Source of the DNA: a virus | Taxonomy: Duplodnaviria; Caudoviricetes | Strand: one strand, 5' to 3' | Virus record (IMG/VR): IMGVR_UViG_2595698395_000001 | Location: 1 to 64,000 of that record | Length of the DNA: 64,000 nt | Part shown: in pieces, positions 43,949 to 55,227 of the stretch | How the letters are laid out: every line of letters starts with the position of its first letter | How positions within the stretch are numbered: the first letter of the stretch is position 1 | The notes under the pieces: generated by a model | What the model was told of the DNA's origin: nothing | Seen by the model: only the letters and a program-made list of their open reading frames with translations | Database searches by the model: none | Position numbers and translations under genes: made by a program

Positions 43949-46387
43949 ATGAACACAACAGAAATAAAATTTAGCCTTGCTTCTGGAATTACTCCGGATC
44001 CGTTAGCCTCTTATGCCGAAAAACTAGATCCTCAATACGGATTAAAATACGCCATGACTATTCAACAAGAATGGTTTAATGGAGGTATGATTACTAAAGA
44101 CTGCGATTTTATGTCTAGGCACAATTGGGTTAGAGAAATGCGTCTTTACAATAGAGGTGAACAAGGAATACAACCATACAAGGATATTGCTGCGAGACAG
44201 AATGAAGACCTGGAATGGATGAACATGGATTGGACTATCATAAATGTTCTTAACAAGTTCAACAATGTTGTTCGCAATGGTATTTCTGATGAAAACTACA
44301 ACCTAGACATTCGTTCTGCAGATAGATTTTCTTTATTACAAAGAGAAAAGAACATTTTACGCCACAAAAAAAACATGGCTAACAAGGAAATGTTTGAAAA
44401 AGCGAAAGCAATGGGACTTCCTGACCTTATGCCACAAGGATTTATACCAGAAGACGAGGAAGAAATGACTCTTTATTCTGAAATAAAAGAACGTCCAAAG
44501 CAAGAAATAGCGGAAGAAATACTAATTAAGTTCGTTAAAAATGTAAGCGGATGGAACCATATCAAAAAAGAAACTGATAAGGATGCTGTATTGGTTGATT
44601 TACAAGTAGCAAGAGTTTACACTGACCCTAACAACGGTGTTATGGCAACTTATGTTGATCCAGAAAACTTCGTACATAGCTATACTGAAAAGAATGATTT
44701 TTCTGATACATACTATTTCGGTGTTGTAGATACTATAACTATCAACGATATACGAAGAGAAAGCGGATATTCTGATACGGTATGTAGAGAAATTGCTAAA
44801 ACTTACTCCGGTGATAATTCTCAAAGTGGAATAGCAAATTTTGATGAATGCGATATGGACCAATTACTTGATTTTAAAATTCAAGTCCTACGATTCACTT
44901 TCAAATCTGATAAAAAACAAGTATACAAAGCATACTACGATAGAAAAGGAAAACTTAAAAAAGTATCTAAAAGAGACGAGAACTATGAAGTTCCTGAAGG
45001 ATCTGAAAAAAGTAAACTAGAACAAGGATTAGATACTTGGTACGAAGGAAACTATATAGTTGGAAGTGATAAGTATGTTTACGGATATAAAGAGTCTGAG
45101 AACACTACATTCGATGATATGGATCGCGTATTACCTCCATTCATAGCACAAGCTTCTGAATTATATAAAAACAAATTAAGGTCATTCCAGAGTAATGTTA
45201 TTCCTATAGCTAATCAAATGCAGTATGTTCACTTGAAAATGCAACATTTAATGTCTGAGTTAAAGCCTGACTTGATTGAATTAGATATTGACCAACTAGC
45301 ACAGTTAACTACTGACATGAAAGATGGTGATTCTAAACAAGAGAATTGGAAAATGGCTTTATCCATATTAAACGCTAAGGGTGTTGTTCTTAAGAAAAGA
45401 ATACAGATGGGTGACGAAGGTATTAAAGACGGTGCTAGTGCAAGGCCAATGGGTAACCAACAAGGTTCTGCATTAACTATCCTATTAAATCTTTGGGCAC
45501 ACTACTACAATTTAATAAGAGAGACAACAGGAATTAACCCTGCTATGGACGGTTCTTTATCTGAGGATGCTCTTGTAGGTGTAAACCAATTAATGAAGTT
45601 AGCAGGTAACTCCGCAACAAAACACATAGCAGATGCAGCCGTTTCATTCGATAAAAGAGTATCAGAAACTATAAGTTCTAGGCTTAAATCTATCTTCACT
45701 TTAAAGAAGGAAGCATCCCATTTAATTAAGATGTATGAGCAAGCTGTAGGTAAGCATAATGTGGATGCATTAGAAACTTTGAAAAATAGAAGCAATTTTG
45801 AGTTCGGATTTACCGTAGAATTAGTACCTTCGAAAGAAGAACTAGCAGAACTTAGAGAAGATTTAGGAATTGCACTAAACGAAGGGACTATAGATGTGTC
45901 TGAAAAATCTGATATTATGCGCATTGCCAGAGGTAATATGAAGCAAGCTGTAGAGTATATGAGGTTTGTAAGGACTCGTAAGATTAAAGAGCGAATGAAA
46001 GAAAATGCATACAATCAAAAATTGCAATCTCAATCTAATGCGGAAGCAGCACAGGTTAAAATGCAGGGAGATTTAGAATTATTGCAAATGAAAGCTCGAA
46101 TAGAACTTCAAAAAGAAGGAAACTTATCAACATTAAGGGTAAAAGAGCATTTCCAAAAACTACAAGTTGAAGCACCTATAAGACAAGAATCTTTCCAACA
46201 AGACGTTTATATAGAGCAAATCAAAAATTTACAAACAATAAACTTAACAAAATACAAAGAAGACGCTAAATCGGATAGAGAAATCGAGAATAGTACTCGA
46301 CAAAGTAAAATGATAGACCAAAGATTAAAAGATAAAGGTCCTATCGATTTTTCTAAAAAATTCAGCCTAGAAAGTTTAATCGGTTAA
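43949..46387 (+). CDS. portal protein (crAss-like)
   Basis: 812 aa after terL; RLY.RGEQ....YK, YVDPEN...SY.E..DF.D.YY.G, IRE.TGIN.A.DG. Confidence 0.88.
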   Translation: MNTTEIKFSLASGITPDPLASYAEKLDPQYGLKYAMTIQQEWFNGGMITKDCDFMSRHNWVREMRLYNRGEQGIQPYKDIAARQNEDLEWMNMDWTIINVLNKFNNVVRNGISDENYNLDIRSADRFSLLQREKNILRHKKNMANKEMFEKAKAMGLPDLMPQGFIPEDEEEMTLYSEIKERPKQEIAEEILIKFVKNVSGWNHIKKETDKDAVLVDLQVARVYTDPNNGVMATYVDPENFVHSYTEKNDFSDTYYFGVVDTITINDIRRESGYSDTVCREIAKTYSGDNSQSGIANFDECDMDQLLDFKIQVLRFTFKSDKKQVYKAYYDRKGKLKKVSKRDENYEVPEGSEKSKLEQGLDTWYEGNYIVGSDKYVYGYKESENTTFDDMDRVLPPFIAQASELYKNKLRSFQSNVIPIANQMQYVHLKMQHLMSELKPDLIELDIDQLAQLTTDMKDGDSKQENWKMALSILNAKGVVLKKRIQMGDEGIKDGASARPMGNQQGSALTILLNLWAHYYNLIRETTGINPAMDGSLSEDALVGVNQLMKLAGNSATKHIADAAVSFDKRVSETISSRLKSIFTLKKEASHLIKMYEQAVGKHNVDALETLKNRSNFEFGFTVELVPSKEELAELREDLGIALNEGTIDVSEKSDIMRIARGNMKQAVEYMRFVRTRKIKERMKENAYNQKLQSQSNAEAAQVKMQGDLELLQMKARIELQKEGNLSTLRVKEHFQKLQVEAPIRQESFQQDVYIEQIKNLQTINLTKYKEDAKSDREIENSTRQSKMIDQRLKDKGPIDFSKKFSLESLIG

Positions 46388-46409
46388 AACAAAAACTAAA
46401 CATTACATT

Positions 46410-47903
46410 ATGAAAATTCGGAAAAAGCTGTACAAGGAAGAGGCAGAACTATTAGGGTTAGATCCAAAGCCAAACATGAAAAACAGAAATCAAGCGGAGT
46501 ATTACATCGAGGAAGATGATTGGGATAAAATCCTAAAAATTAGAGAAGGTGGAATTATTGACACTAAAGAAAAAGCTAAACCAAAGAAAAATAGCTTAAA
46601 ACAAAAAGAACAAAGAAAAGGATTAGAGTCAAGGGGCGAAAATGTTGTTATTAATTGGAGTAATAGAACAATTATAACTGACCTAGGGGAGTACGGGAAC
46701 TATGTTTGTGGATTTGATAGACATAGTTTGATTCAAAGAAAGTATGTGTATTCACATGGTAATGAAACAGCAGCAATTGTCGCTATGGAGTTTGACTTCA
46801 TACACACTAAAGCAGTTTATATCTATGCTAGAATACATGGATTTAGTAAATCTTCTCCTGGTCAAACCGATTTAGAATTTGAATTAGGACTAGATGTTGA
46901 CCTAGCGGTAGAAGAAAACATTCAGACCCTAAAAAGAAGGGTGTATAAAAAAACCCAAAAGAGGGAATGGGAGGAAACAGTAAAAGCCGCTTCTAATTGG
47001 TGGAACTTCGAGAACACATCATTGGAATCTATAAGAGCTATGATTTCTGAGTTCCAAATAGAAAAGCCAGAAAAGGTTAAGATTCAGAAAATAAGTGATT
47101 TAGATTACGCTTTTTCAGCAATAATTGGAATATCTGATGCTCACTACTTAAAACTTTGTTATGACCATTTAGGAAGAGTTGTTTACGACAGGGAAATTGC
47201 CAAGAAAAGGATAAAGGATCACATAAAGAGTTTAGCTAACGAGGTGGCTAGATATGGTAATCCTGAAAACTTCTTTGTATTTGTTGGAAACGACAACATT
47301 CATGTAGATGGAATGCACCAATCAACTACAAAATTAACAGGTCAACACCAAGCAACTGACGGACTTTGGAGACTAGAATTTAAAAACTACCTTAAACTTC
47401 AAATAGAAATAATAAATTTCTATAAGCAATTAGCAAAAGTAGTATTAATACCAGTAAAGGGCAATCACGACTACGAAACATCTATAGCTATACAATCATT
47501 CCTGGAAATTTACTACGAAGATGATGAAGATGTTGAAGTCGTTGTATGTCACGACGCAAGAGCTTATTACCAATACGGTAAGGTTTGTATTGTGGCAACA
47601 CATGGAGACGAATTAGGATCGGTAGCAACGCTAGAAAGAGAATCACACAAAATGATATTAGGAGAAGCAAAACTTCAAGGAATAAACATCCAAGAGGTAG
47701 AGCACTTTCTTTTAATACACGGCCATGAGCATGTAGGAAGTTATAGGGACTTAAACGGTAACGTTCAAAGAATAGGTTTACCTTCTCTAAGCGGAACAGA
47801 TGATTGGTGGCATAAAGAAAAAGGCTACGTCGGGAGACAACCAGAAAGCAACACAATAATTGTGGACCCAGATAAAGGGAGAAAATCAATTTTATACGCA
47901 TAA
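46410..47903 (+). CDS. calcineurin-like metallophosphoesterase
   Basis: SDAH, GND.IH, GNHD, THGD, HGHEH motifs. Confidence 0.85.
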   Translation: MKIRKKLYKEEAELLGLDPKPNMKNRNQAEYYIEEDDWDKILKIREGGIIDTKEKAKPKKNSLKQKEQRKGLESRGENVVINWSNRTIITDLGEYGNYVCGFDRHSLIQRKYVYSHGNETAAIVAMEFDFIHTKAVYIYARIHGFSKSSPGQTDLEFELGLDVDLAVEENIQTLKRRVYKKTQKREWEETVKAASNWWNFENTSLESIRAMISEFQIEKPEKVKIQKISDLDYAFSAIIGISDAHYLKLCYDHLGRVVYDREIAKKRIKDHIKSLANEVARYGNPENFFVFVGNDNIHVDGMHQSTTKLTGQHQATDGLWRLEFKNYLKLQIEIINFYKQLAKVVLIPVKGNHDYETSIAIQSFLEIYYEDDEDVEVVVCHDARAYYQYGKVCIVATHGDELGSVATLERESHKMILGEAKLQGINIQEVEHFLLIHGHEHVGSYRDLNGNVQRIGLPSLSGTDDWWHKEKGYVGRQPESNTIIVDPDKGRKSILYA

Positions 47904-47915
47904 AAACTAGAAACT

Positions 47916-48272
47916 ATGGAAACATTTGGATTATTATTAGCATTAGCAGTCATTTCTTTTATTCAGAACATGGCATTTACATTCACAAGTAGATCACGTA
48001 ACAGCGGTGACCCTCAATACCACAGATTTGCTTCATGGGCGAGCAATGGTGTATGGATGGTTAATCAAATATTTTTGGTGAAAATTGTATGGGAACCGGT
48101 AATGTCAGGAGAATGGATGTACGTATTCTTGGCTTGTATCGTTTATATAATATTTACAACAGAAGGTAGCGTTTACATGATGAATCTTATGCTAGGAAAA
48201 GTAAAGGATAGTAAGTTATCGAGAATTTTTAAAGAAACAGGTAACAGAAAGGTTGGTAGTTTAGGTAAATAA
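47916..48272 (+). CDS. small membrane protein
   Basis: FIQNMAFT..SRSRNSG...YH..ASW.SNGVW, TM helices. Confidence 0.7.
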   Translation: METFGLLLALAVISFIQNMAFTFTSRSRNSGDPQYHRFASWASNGVWMVNQIFLVKIVWEPVMSGEWMYVFLACIVYIIFTTEGSVYMMNLMLGKVKDSKLSRIFKETGNRKVGSLGK

Positions 48273-48389
48273 GCAAATCAGCTTATTTTAAATAAAATTA
48301 CTTTTTTGGCTTATATAACGGATATTTATATTATCTTTGGTACTAGCTTTTTTAGTCCAACATACCCCCCGTAATGTTTAAAACCCTTC

Positions 48390-48836
48390 CTAATCTGGAA
48401 GGGTTTTTTTGTTTAACTTATAAGAAGCATAATCAACAGCTATTTCTATAGTACTCAATGAAACTCCTGATAATTTTTCTTTATATGGATAATACCCTCT
48501 TTCATAAACTCTAGTACTATAATGCCATACAGGTTGAAATATAAAAAAATAAGGATTCTCAACAGAATCAAGCCAAGAGAATAACTTATTAGAATATTCA
48601 TTAAATTCATTTTCACTAACTTTTAGACAATGTAACTTACCCATTATATAATGATTCTGCATTAAGTTCTTTATTAAGTAGATGGAGTTGTAATCGTTTT
48701 TTCTGTATAATTCACGTAAAATTTCATTTCTATTCTTGTTTTTTAAATAATTAAACGCCAAATCATTTCTATACACAGATAACAAATTCCAATAATCAAC
48801 TCCCATTGAGTCACACTTCATCTTAACCAATTCCAT
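48390..48836 (-). CDS. hypothetical protein
   Basis: minus-strand insert in structural module. Confidence 0.55.
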   Translation of the reverse strand: MELVKMKCDSMGVDYWNLLSVYRNDLAFNYLKNKNRNEILRELYRKNDYNSIYLIKNLMQNHYIMGKLHCLKVSENEFNEYSNKLFSWLDSVENPYFFIFQPVWHYSTRVYERGYYPYKEKLSGVSLSTIEIAVDYASYKLNKKTLPD

Positions 48837-48881
48837 TTCTGAATCAATTTCATGAACTCTTTTTTTTCTAAATTATATGAT

Positions 48882-49178
48882 CTATTCATTTAAAATATAT
48901 TTTAATCTTGATTCTGTTTTAGAGTATTCTAACTTCAATTTCATTGCTCCTTCAATCAAGTCTGCTTTTTTTATTTGAATTAAAATATTAAAGGCTTTAT
49001 CTAAATTACCATCTTCTAGGTCTATAAAACATCTAAACTCATCTTTAAATCTTTTAAACTTATAATCTATTTCTTCTAATTCATATTCTTTATAATGTAT
49101 TTGTCTTTTTAAGCCATTAAGCATATGTATGCATTGCTCCTTATTTAATGAATTGTAGTAAGAATCCGAGTTATCCAT
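48882..49178 (-). CDS. hypothetical protein
   Basis: minus-strand insert. Confidence 0.55.
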   Translation of the reverse strand: MDNSDSYYNSLNKEQCIHMLNGLKRQIHYKEYELEEIDYKFKRFKDEFRCFIDLEDGNLDKAFNILIQIKKADLIEGAMKLKLEYSKTESRLKYILNE

Positions 49179-49285
49179 GTGTGTTTATTTATTAATTACA
49201 AGCAAATTAAGCAATAATTTACAACAAAACACATACTTAATATAAAAATATTGATATTTTATATCTACTATAAGGAAAATTTATA

Positions 49286-49293
49286 TAACTTTG
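49286..49293 (+). promoter_or_regulatory. promoter TAACTTTG for capsid operon
   Basis: same octamer at 55702 and 63872. Confidence 0.65.
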
Positions 49294-49318
49294 TATTAAT
49301 ATAAGAAAAATTTATAGT

Positions 49319-50530
49319 ATGGAATCTATCGGGAAAAACTTTTTAAATGACTTTGATTTTACAGATGACAACGCGGCAACCCAACCAGAGGCGGCAGTTC
49401 CTGAAGTGAAAGCTGAGGAAGAAACTACAGGAGAGGTAGTTGAAACACCAGAAGTTGTTACAGAAGAAGTAGTTGAAGAAACTACTACAGAAGTAAAAGC
49501 TGATACTGAGGTTAAAGAAAAACCAGAAGTAGAAGTTAAGAAGGAAGAAAAAGTTGTAGAAGAGGTTAAGTATATTGAATTAGACGACGATGCTATAAAA
49601 GCTTATTTTAAGGAGAAAAAAGGAAAAGACATTGAATCAATAGATGATTTGTTTAAAACTCCTGAAAAAGCAGTAGATCCATTAGAGGGATTATCTGATG
49701 AAGCTATTCAGTTCATAAACTATTCAAAGGAAACCGGTAGAGGTTTTAGTGATTTTGCAGAATTGAATAAAGACTTTACTAAAATGACTCCGCTAGAAAT
49801 AGCACAGAAGAAAGCAATAGATTTTTCTGATGGTGAGTTTACATCTAGTGAAGCAATAGAGTTCATTGAAAAAGAATTGAATATCGATTTATCTGAGGAT
49901 TTAGATAAGTTTGATTTAATAAAATTAAAAGGTTATGGTAAAGATTGGTTAAACAATAAAATCCAAGACCAAAAAAAATATAAGCAACCTATTGAGAGAT
50001 CAGCTTCGCAAGAAGGACCAGAAATGGTAACACTTGAAAACGGAGTTAATATCCCAAAAGAGCAATACGAAAATTTGACTCGTCAAAGAGAACAATACTT
50101 AGAAGGACTACAGAAGTCGCAGGATAATATCACGGCATCTACTTTCCAAGTTACAATTGACGAGAACGGAGAAGAAATTAAGATGGATATATCTTATGAC
50201 TTTAGCCAAAAAGATAAGCATAATATGTTATCGGCAGCTTCAGACACGGATAAGTTTATTCAAGAATCATTCTCAAAAGACGGTGTAGTAGACTACGCTA
50301 AACTTCAAAAGGCAATGTTCTTTGCTCAAGAAGAAAACATGGGAAAAGTAATCAGTTCCGCAGTGAATAAGGCTAGGGCAGAATGGATTGAAGAATCTGT
50401 GAAGAACAAAACCAATGCGAACTTTAGTACAAAATCTAAAATGCCTTCCGAACAACAGAAAGGTAGAATTGTTCCAATACCAGGAGCATCTTCAACAAGT
50501 GCGATACCATTTTCAGTTAACGATTTTTAA
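49319..50530 (+). CDS. scaffold-like acidic structural protein preceding MCP
   Basis: E/V/T-rich N-terminus, Y.KETGRG..DF..LNKD motif, position before MCP. Confidence 0.75.
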   Translation: MESIGKNFLNDFDFTDDNAATQPEAAVPEVKAEEETTGEVVETPEVVTEEVVEETTTEVKADTEVKEKPEVEVKKEEKVVEEVKYIELDDDAIKAYFKEKKGKDIESIDDLFKTPEKAVDPLEGLSDEAIQFINYSKETGRGFSDFAELNKDFTKMTPLEIAQKKAIDFSDGEFTSSEAIEFIEKELNIDLSEDLDKFDLIKLKGYGKDWLNNKIQDQKKYKQPIERSASQEGPEMVTLENGVNIPKEQYENLTRQREQYLEGLQKSQDNITASTFQVTIDENGEEIKMDISYDFSQKDKHNMLSAASDTDKFIQESFSKDGVVDYAKLQKAMFFAQEENMGKVISSAVNKARAEWIEESVKNKTNANFSTKSKMPSEQQKGRIVPIPGASSTSAIPFSVNDF

Positions 50531-50539
50531 TAGACAATC

Positions 50540-51871
50540 ATGGCATTCGATTTACAAACCAATAACCTTAGCGGAATTTCCGTTATCGACAAACCTGCAG
50601 GAGCAATTGCAGATGCTTCAACATTCATTACTTTAAGCTCTTATGCTGATAAGTATGTACCAAAGTTGAAGCCAAAATTACACATGGCTAATGGTCGTGG
50701 AAAGATCACTAAGCTTATTAGCTTAATGGGTCAAGAAGAACTTTACGCAAATGATCGCGTACAATGGGCTGAGGAAGGTCAGTTAAACACTATCATTAAA
50801 GGCGTAACTTATGCGCTTGCTTCTGGATTTACTTCAACTTCAGATCACAATTTAAGAGTTGGTGATATTGTTTTGATTTCTGATGGTGAAATCAACAAGC
50901 AAGCTACAGTTACCGTTATCACTTCTTCTAAAATATTTGTTGCCACTCCGGATGACGGTGTTGCTTTTTCTTTCGCAGGTACAGTTTCTGTTATTTGTGA
51001 TTTCTCTAACTCTTTTGCTAAAGGGACAGGAAACTTTGAAAAAGGTAAAAGATGGAATCCAGATGTTAAGGAGAACTTTTCTCACATTATCAAAGAAACT
51101 TATTCTATCGAAGGATCAGATATGTTTCACGATACTTGGATTGATACTCCTGATGGACCAAAATGGTACAACCATGAAGTAGAAAACACTGGTATCTTAT
51201 TTGATAACAAGGTTGAAATGACTTTCACATTATTTGAAAGAAAAGCTTCTGGTGACGCAGCAGGTATGAAAGGTTTTGTTCCTCAAATCGAACAAGGCGG
51301 TAACATTGCTAACGAGTATATCACTGATATCGAAGAGTTATCTAAGGTAGCTTTAAGAATCAAGCAACAAGGAACTGGATGTACTGAGTACACTATCTGG
51401 CATAACCACGAACAAGGAGCTTACCTAAGACAAATGATGTCAGGTTTAAATGCGCATTACGCAGCAGGAAGCAACTACGGTATGTTCAACAACAGCAAAG
51501 ACATGGCTATTAAATTAGGTTTTGCTTCTGTTTACATCGATGGTATCACTTTCCACTTTACTCCTTGGGATTTATTGGATAAACCGACATTACTTGGTAA
51601 CCTTCAATTTAAAGCTTCAGGTATTGCTTGTTTAATCATTCCTTCTGGAACGACTTCAGTAATGCGTGACGGTAACACAGTAAGCAAGCCTTACTTATCT
51701 ATCCTTTACAGAAACGCTGCTCGTAAGAGAGAAGTTAAAGTATTTGGACCAGGTGGAACTCAGCACAGAACCGATAATCAAATTACTGATTTTATGTCAG
51801 AATGTACTAACATGTTAGTTGGTGCCAATGCATATTTCGTAGTTAGAACAGGCGCAGATTACTACGCATAA
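50540..51871 (+). CDS. major capsid protein (crAss-like)
   Basis: D.VQWAEEG.L, I.KETY.I.GSD, G.KGF...IE.GGN, LGF, SEC.....GAN; strong codon bias; followed by terminator. Confidence 0.9.
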   Translation: MAFDLQTNNLSGISVIDKPAGAIADASTFITLSSYADKYVPKLKPKLHMANGRGKITKLISLMGQEELYANDRVQWAEEGQLNTIIKGVTYALASGFTSTSDHNLRVGDIVLISDGEINKQATVTVITSSKIFVATPDDGVAFSFAGTVSVICDFSNSFAKGTGNFEKGKRWNPDVKENFSHIIKETYSIEGSDMFHDTWIDTPDGPKWYNHEVENTGILFDNKVEMTFTLFERKASGDAAGMKGFVPQIEQGGNIANEYITDIEELSKVALRIKQQGTGCTEYTIWHNHEQGAYLRQMMSGLNAHYAAGSNYGMFNNSKDMAIKLGFASVYIDGITFHFTPWDLLDKPTLLGNLQFKASGIACLIIPSGTTSVMRDGNTVSKPYLSILYRNAARKREVKVFGPGGTQHRTDNQITDFMSECTNMLVGANAYFVVRTGADYYA

Positions 51872-51889
51872 TCAAATAGTAACATATAG

Positions 51890-51918
51890 GCAGGAGATTA
51901 ATTTCTCCTGCTTTTTTT
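51890..51918 (+). terminator. intrinsic terminator after MCP
   Basis: GCAGGAGA-ttaatt-TCTCCTGC-TTTTTTT. Confidence 0.85.
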
Positions 51919-51934
51919 AATACAAAGAGGAAAA

Positions 51935-52867
51935 ATGGCAAACAAAAACATCGTAACATTCAGGTTAACTAAAGGGAGATCTCCAGTGAGTTTTTCCATT
52001 CCAACAAAAACAATGATGTTGGAAAAAAAGAATGAATCAGGTTTAAAAACTTTAAAGAGGGTTCATTATATTAAAGGAGTAGATAGTATTTGGGTAGAAG
52101 ACTACAAAGGAGATCAAAAACCTAACCCAATTGTATTTGAAGATGGTATTTTAGAGGTTGAAGCACATAACAGACCTTTGCTAGAATTACTTAAGAAGCA
52201 CAAGTGGTATAATAAAGAGTATGAAGTAATCGACGAAGACCTTCAATCGATTAAAGAACTAGAGCAATTTGAGTTAGAGGAAGCTGCTTTATCTCGCATC
52301 AATATTTCTGGTGAAGACGAATTAATGGCCAATGCTTTAATTTTGATTGGTGAACACGCTATTTCAATGTCGGAAGCTAAAGTTAAATTAGAACTTAAGA
52401 GAAAGGCTAAGGCAACTCCACAAGCTTTAATTGACGAAATGAATAGTAGTGATTACAAAGTTAAGTATGTGGGTGCACTTGGTATTCAAAAAGGAGTGTT
52501 GAAGATTGATCCATCAAGGACCCAGGTTCAATGGGCAGACGGTAAAACGATTATCACTGTTCCAGTAGGTCAAAGTCCTATCAAAAAATTAAGTGATTTC
52601 TTAAGCGAGAACACTGAAGCTTCGCAAATTACACTTCAAGAAATTGGAATACAAAACACTAGGATGTACAATAAAAAGAAGGAAGCTGATTTAGGCGCAG
52701 CAGTAAACGAAGTAATTGCTTCAAAAGATGTAACTTTGTCAGACGAAGAGAAACATCAAAACGATCTTGAAGAGGCAAGACAAATGTATAAGGAACTAAA
52801 TAATGGGAAAGAAGTTCCTAATGTAAAGAAAAACGATTTAGATTGGATTATGTCTAAGCTAGATTAA
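51935..52867 (+). CDS. conserved structural protein downstream of MCP
   Basis: IVFEDG.L.V motif; synteny with crAss-like phages. Confidence 0.7.
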   Translation: MANKNIVTFRLTKGRSPVSFSIPTKTMMLEKKNESGLKTLKRVHYIKGVDSIWVEDYKGDQKPNPIVFEDGILEVEAHNRPLLELLKKHKWYNKEYEVIDEDLQSIKELEQFELEEAALSRINISGEDELMANALILIGEHAISMSEAKVKLELKRKAKATPQALIDEMNSSDYKVKYVGALGIQKGVLKIDPSRTQVQWADGKTIITVPVGQSPIKKLSDFLSENTEASQITLQEIGIQNTRMYNKKKEADLGAAVNEVIASKDVTLSDEEKHQNDLEEARQMYKELNNGKEVPNVKKNDLDWIMSKLD

Positions 52868-52918
52868 CAATAAACCGCATAGTTTTTTAGATGTGTGTTT
52901 GCTTTTTCCCGAAAGCGC

Positions 52919-52948
52919 AAAGCCCCTTAGTTGGGGCTTTGTTTTTTT
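52919..52948 (+). terminator. intrinsic terminator
   Basis: AAAGCCCC-ttagtt-GGGGCTTT-GTTTTTTT. Confidence 0.8.
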
Positions 52949-53325
52949 ATACCATCCAATCATTTTCCTCTACTTTATCTCTATAGTCTGGAGACTTTAC
53001 GAGTTTACACTTACCACATACTATTACCGCTAAAATCAATCCTACCCAAAATAATGTTGTTGTCATAATCTTTAATTATTTATATCTTTTCTTTTTCGAA
53101 TTTTAGTCTATATCTATGACCATCACTTATAGATGTCATTTCAATATGTGTTTTTAAATTCAAAACATTCATTGTTGAAATTAATGTCTTTGATATTGTC
53201 TCAATTAATTCGCTAAACTCTTTCTCTTGTTCTTTAGTCATAACTCATTTTTTTTAATTGTAAACTCATACATTTACCTTATTCGATGTAATGTAAATGT
53301 AACTATACACATTTATTAGGCACAA

Positions 53326-53529
53326 TTAAGCGAACTCCCATTCGTCAACTACACAAACCTCCAAAGAACCACTTTCGTGTTTAATGAAGAATCCGTCTCC
53401 GTGCATTTGGTCATCCATGTATTCTGCTATTCCGATAACTTTATTATCTCTACTCACTTTGTACTCTTTTCCGTATATTAGAAAATCCTGTTTTAATCCT
53501 TCTTGTCCTTGTTTTAATATCAATTCCAT
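53326..53529 (-). CDS. hypothetical protein
   Basis: minus-strand island. Confidence 0.6.
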   Translation of the reverse strand: MELILKQGQEGLKQDFLIYGKEYKVSRDNKVIGIAEYMDDQMHGDGFFIKHESGSLEVCVVDEWEFA

Positions 53530-53703
53530 AATTAAATATTTTCTATTTGTTTTTTAAATTGTAAATTGGTGATTCTTGTTGTTGATATATATTATCTTCT
53601 TGCTCCTTTTCCATTGCTTCCAGGTAGTCATGATCAGCATTAACACTATCTTCCCAATGTTGTTCACTATCTATGTAATTTTTCATATTCCTTTGTTTTA
53701 AAC

Positions 53704-54096
53704 CTATAAACATATTACAGCTACTCCCACACCTATTTTAGTATATCTTAATACCCTCATTGGATTTCTTTCATTAATCAAATCAAATCGGTATCTATCC
53801 ATATATCCTACTGCGGTGTACAATTCTGTTCCTTGTTCGTCTATTAATACTAGTTTTGTAATTATACTTTTTCCTTCTTCCACTAATATACCATCCATTT
53901 TCCAACCTCCTGCGATCACATTTAATTTAGATTGATGCAATACACCGTTAATAACTAATATAGCTTCTGTAGGCTCTCCACACTTATCTAAGAACGCAGG
54001 AACTGTAAAAGACATGTTTAGTTCTTCGTATTGTGTTTCGCGCTTACCGCAGGATAATAGCGTTAAAATGGTTAGTATGGTTAGTAGTGTTTTCAT
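53704..54096 (-). CDS. lipoprotein
   Basis: MKTLLTILTILTLLSC lipobox. Confidence 0.7.
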   Translation of the reverse strand: MKTLLTILTILTLLSCGKRETQYEELNMSFTVPAFLDKCGEPTEAILVINGVLHQSKLNVIAGGWKMDGILVEEGKSIITKLVLIDEQGTELYTAVGYMDRYRFDLINERNPMRVLRYTKIGVGVAVICL

Positions 54097-54240
54097 TATT
54101 TTATTTTTTATTTCCATTAGATCCAATCATCCATCCAAAAACAATAGGACCGTATCTTCCAAGTCCAAATTCAAAGTATTCACTTAAATTCCATATACAA
54201 CTAGCAAATAGTCGTTTTGGAGTTTTAATATTCCAATATA

Positions 54241-54429
54241 TCATATTAAATTATTTTCTTCCAAGTATTTTTTGAAATCTCTTTTCATGTTATCTTGTGG
54301 TATTTCTTGCCAAGTCCAATGCATCGAGTGGTTATTAATAGTGTTTCCAAAAGCTCTAGCAAATACTTTTCCGTTCTCTATCTTAATTGGTGTTCCGCTA
54401 TAATTTATTGTAGTGCTTATCACATTCAT
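54241..54429 (-). CDS. hypothetical protein
   Basis: minus-strand island. Confidence 0.6.
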   Translation of the reverse strand: MNVISTTINYSGTPIKIENGKVFARAFGNTINNHSMHWTWQEIPQDNMKRDFKKYLEENNLI

Positions 54430-54431
54430 GA

Positions 54432-54914
54432 TTATATCTCTTTAGTTAAATTTAGTTTATAAGGTATTAAGTCCTCTATTTTATTTATTTCGTCATTAAA
54501 ACAATCAATCCTATCTTTTAATTTATAGAATATTAAATCTGTAGAAGTTGAATGCTCTGTAATCCAATAAGAATACTCGCTATCATCACAAATCATAAAA
54601 CCTGCAAACAAAACCTTTTCTTTTGCTTCCTCATATTCTCTTAAATCTTCCTCGTAACATTCTTGCGGATATTTTTGCATTCCGAACTCTGGATTATAAT
54701 CTGTACTTATAACTAAGTTTAAAGGAACTCCATCTTTACAAGGCACAAACATTTCTAGTTCTATTTCTTGTGATAGAAACTTAGCGTATTTGGCTATATC
54801 AAAATATCTTTTAGCTCTATTTGAGTTTTGGTGAGATAAAGATTGAACTTCGTAACCTTTTTGGTTTTCCATTTCAATAACATATTCAACCATTGTTTTA
54901 TCTAGTACTTTCAT
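54432..54914 (-). CDS. hypothetical flavobacterial phage protein
   Basis: YAKFL.Q..EL.MFVPC...Y.EAKEKVLF.GF. Confidence 0.7.
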   Translation of the reverse strand: MKVLDKTMVEYVIEMENQKGYEVQSLSHQNSNRAKRYFDIAKYAKFLSQEIELEMFVPCKDGVPLNLVISTDYNPEFGMQKYPQECYEEDLREYEEAKEKVLFAGFMICDDSEYSYWITEHSTSTDLIFYKLKDRIDCFNDEINKIEDLIPYKLNLTKEI

Positions 54915-54916
54915 AA

Positions 54917-55216
54917 CTATATATCTTGCTCGTTTAAATAACCAGATTCAATCCAAGAATTAATTTTATCAATTATCCTTTGTTGTTTTAACTTTCCTTT
55001 TTTACTGTTACCAGATAATATAATCTTGTAATCTTCAATCGTTTTTAAAACACCGTCATCATCCTTAAAATCTTTTAATTTATAATCTATTAATAATTCC
55101 TTTTTAGGTCTTATTATTTCTCTTCTAGATGAAGTAGGTCTTGCGTCACTAATTCCAAAAGACTCACTCATTGCTGCCAATGCTATTAATGCATGAATTG
55201 ACTTACTGTTTCTCAT
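54917..55216 (-). CDS. hypothetical protein
   Basis: minus-strand island. Confidence 0.6.
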   Translation of the reverse strand: MRNSKSIHALIALAAMSESFGISDARPTSSRREIIRPKKELLIDYKLKDFKDDDGVLKTIEDYKIILSGNSKKGKLKQQRIIDKINSWIESGYLNEQDI

Positions 55217-55227
55217 AATTTATTTTT

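Noticed and set aside
41618-51871. Introns or inteins in terminase, portal or capsid
   Set aside because: ORFs are continuous, with no evident intein or homing endonuclease motifs
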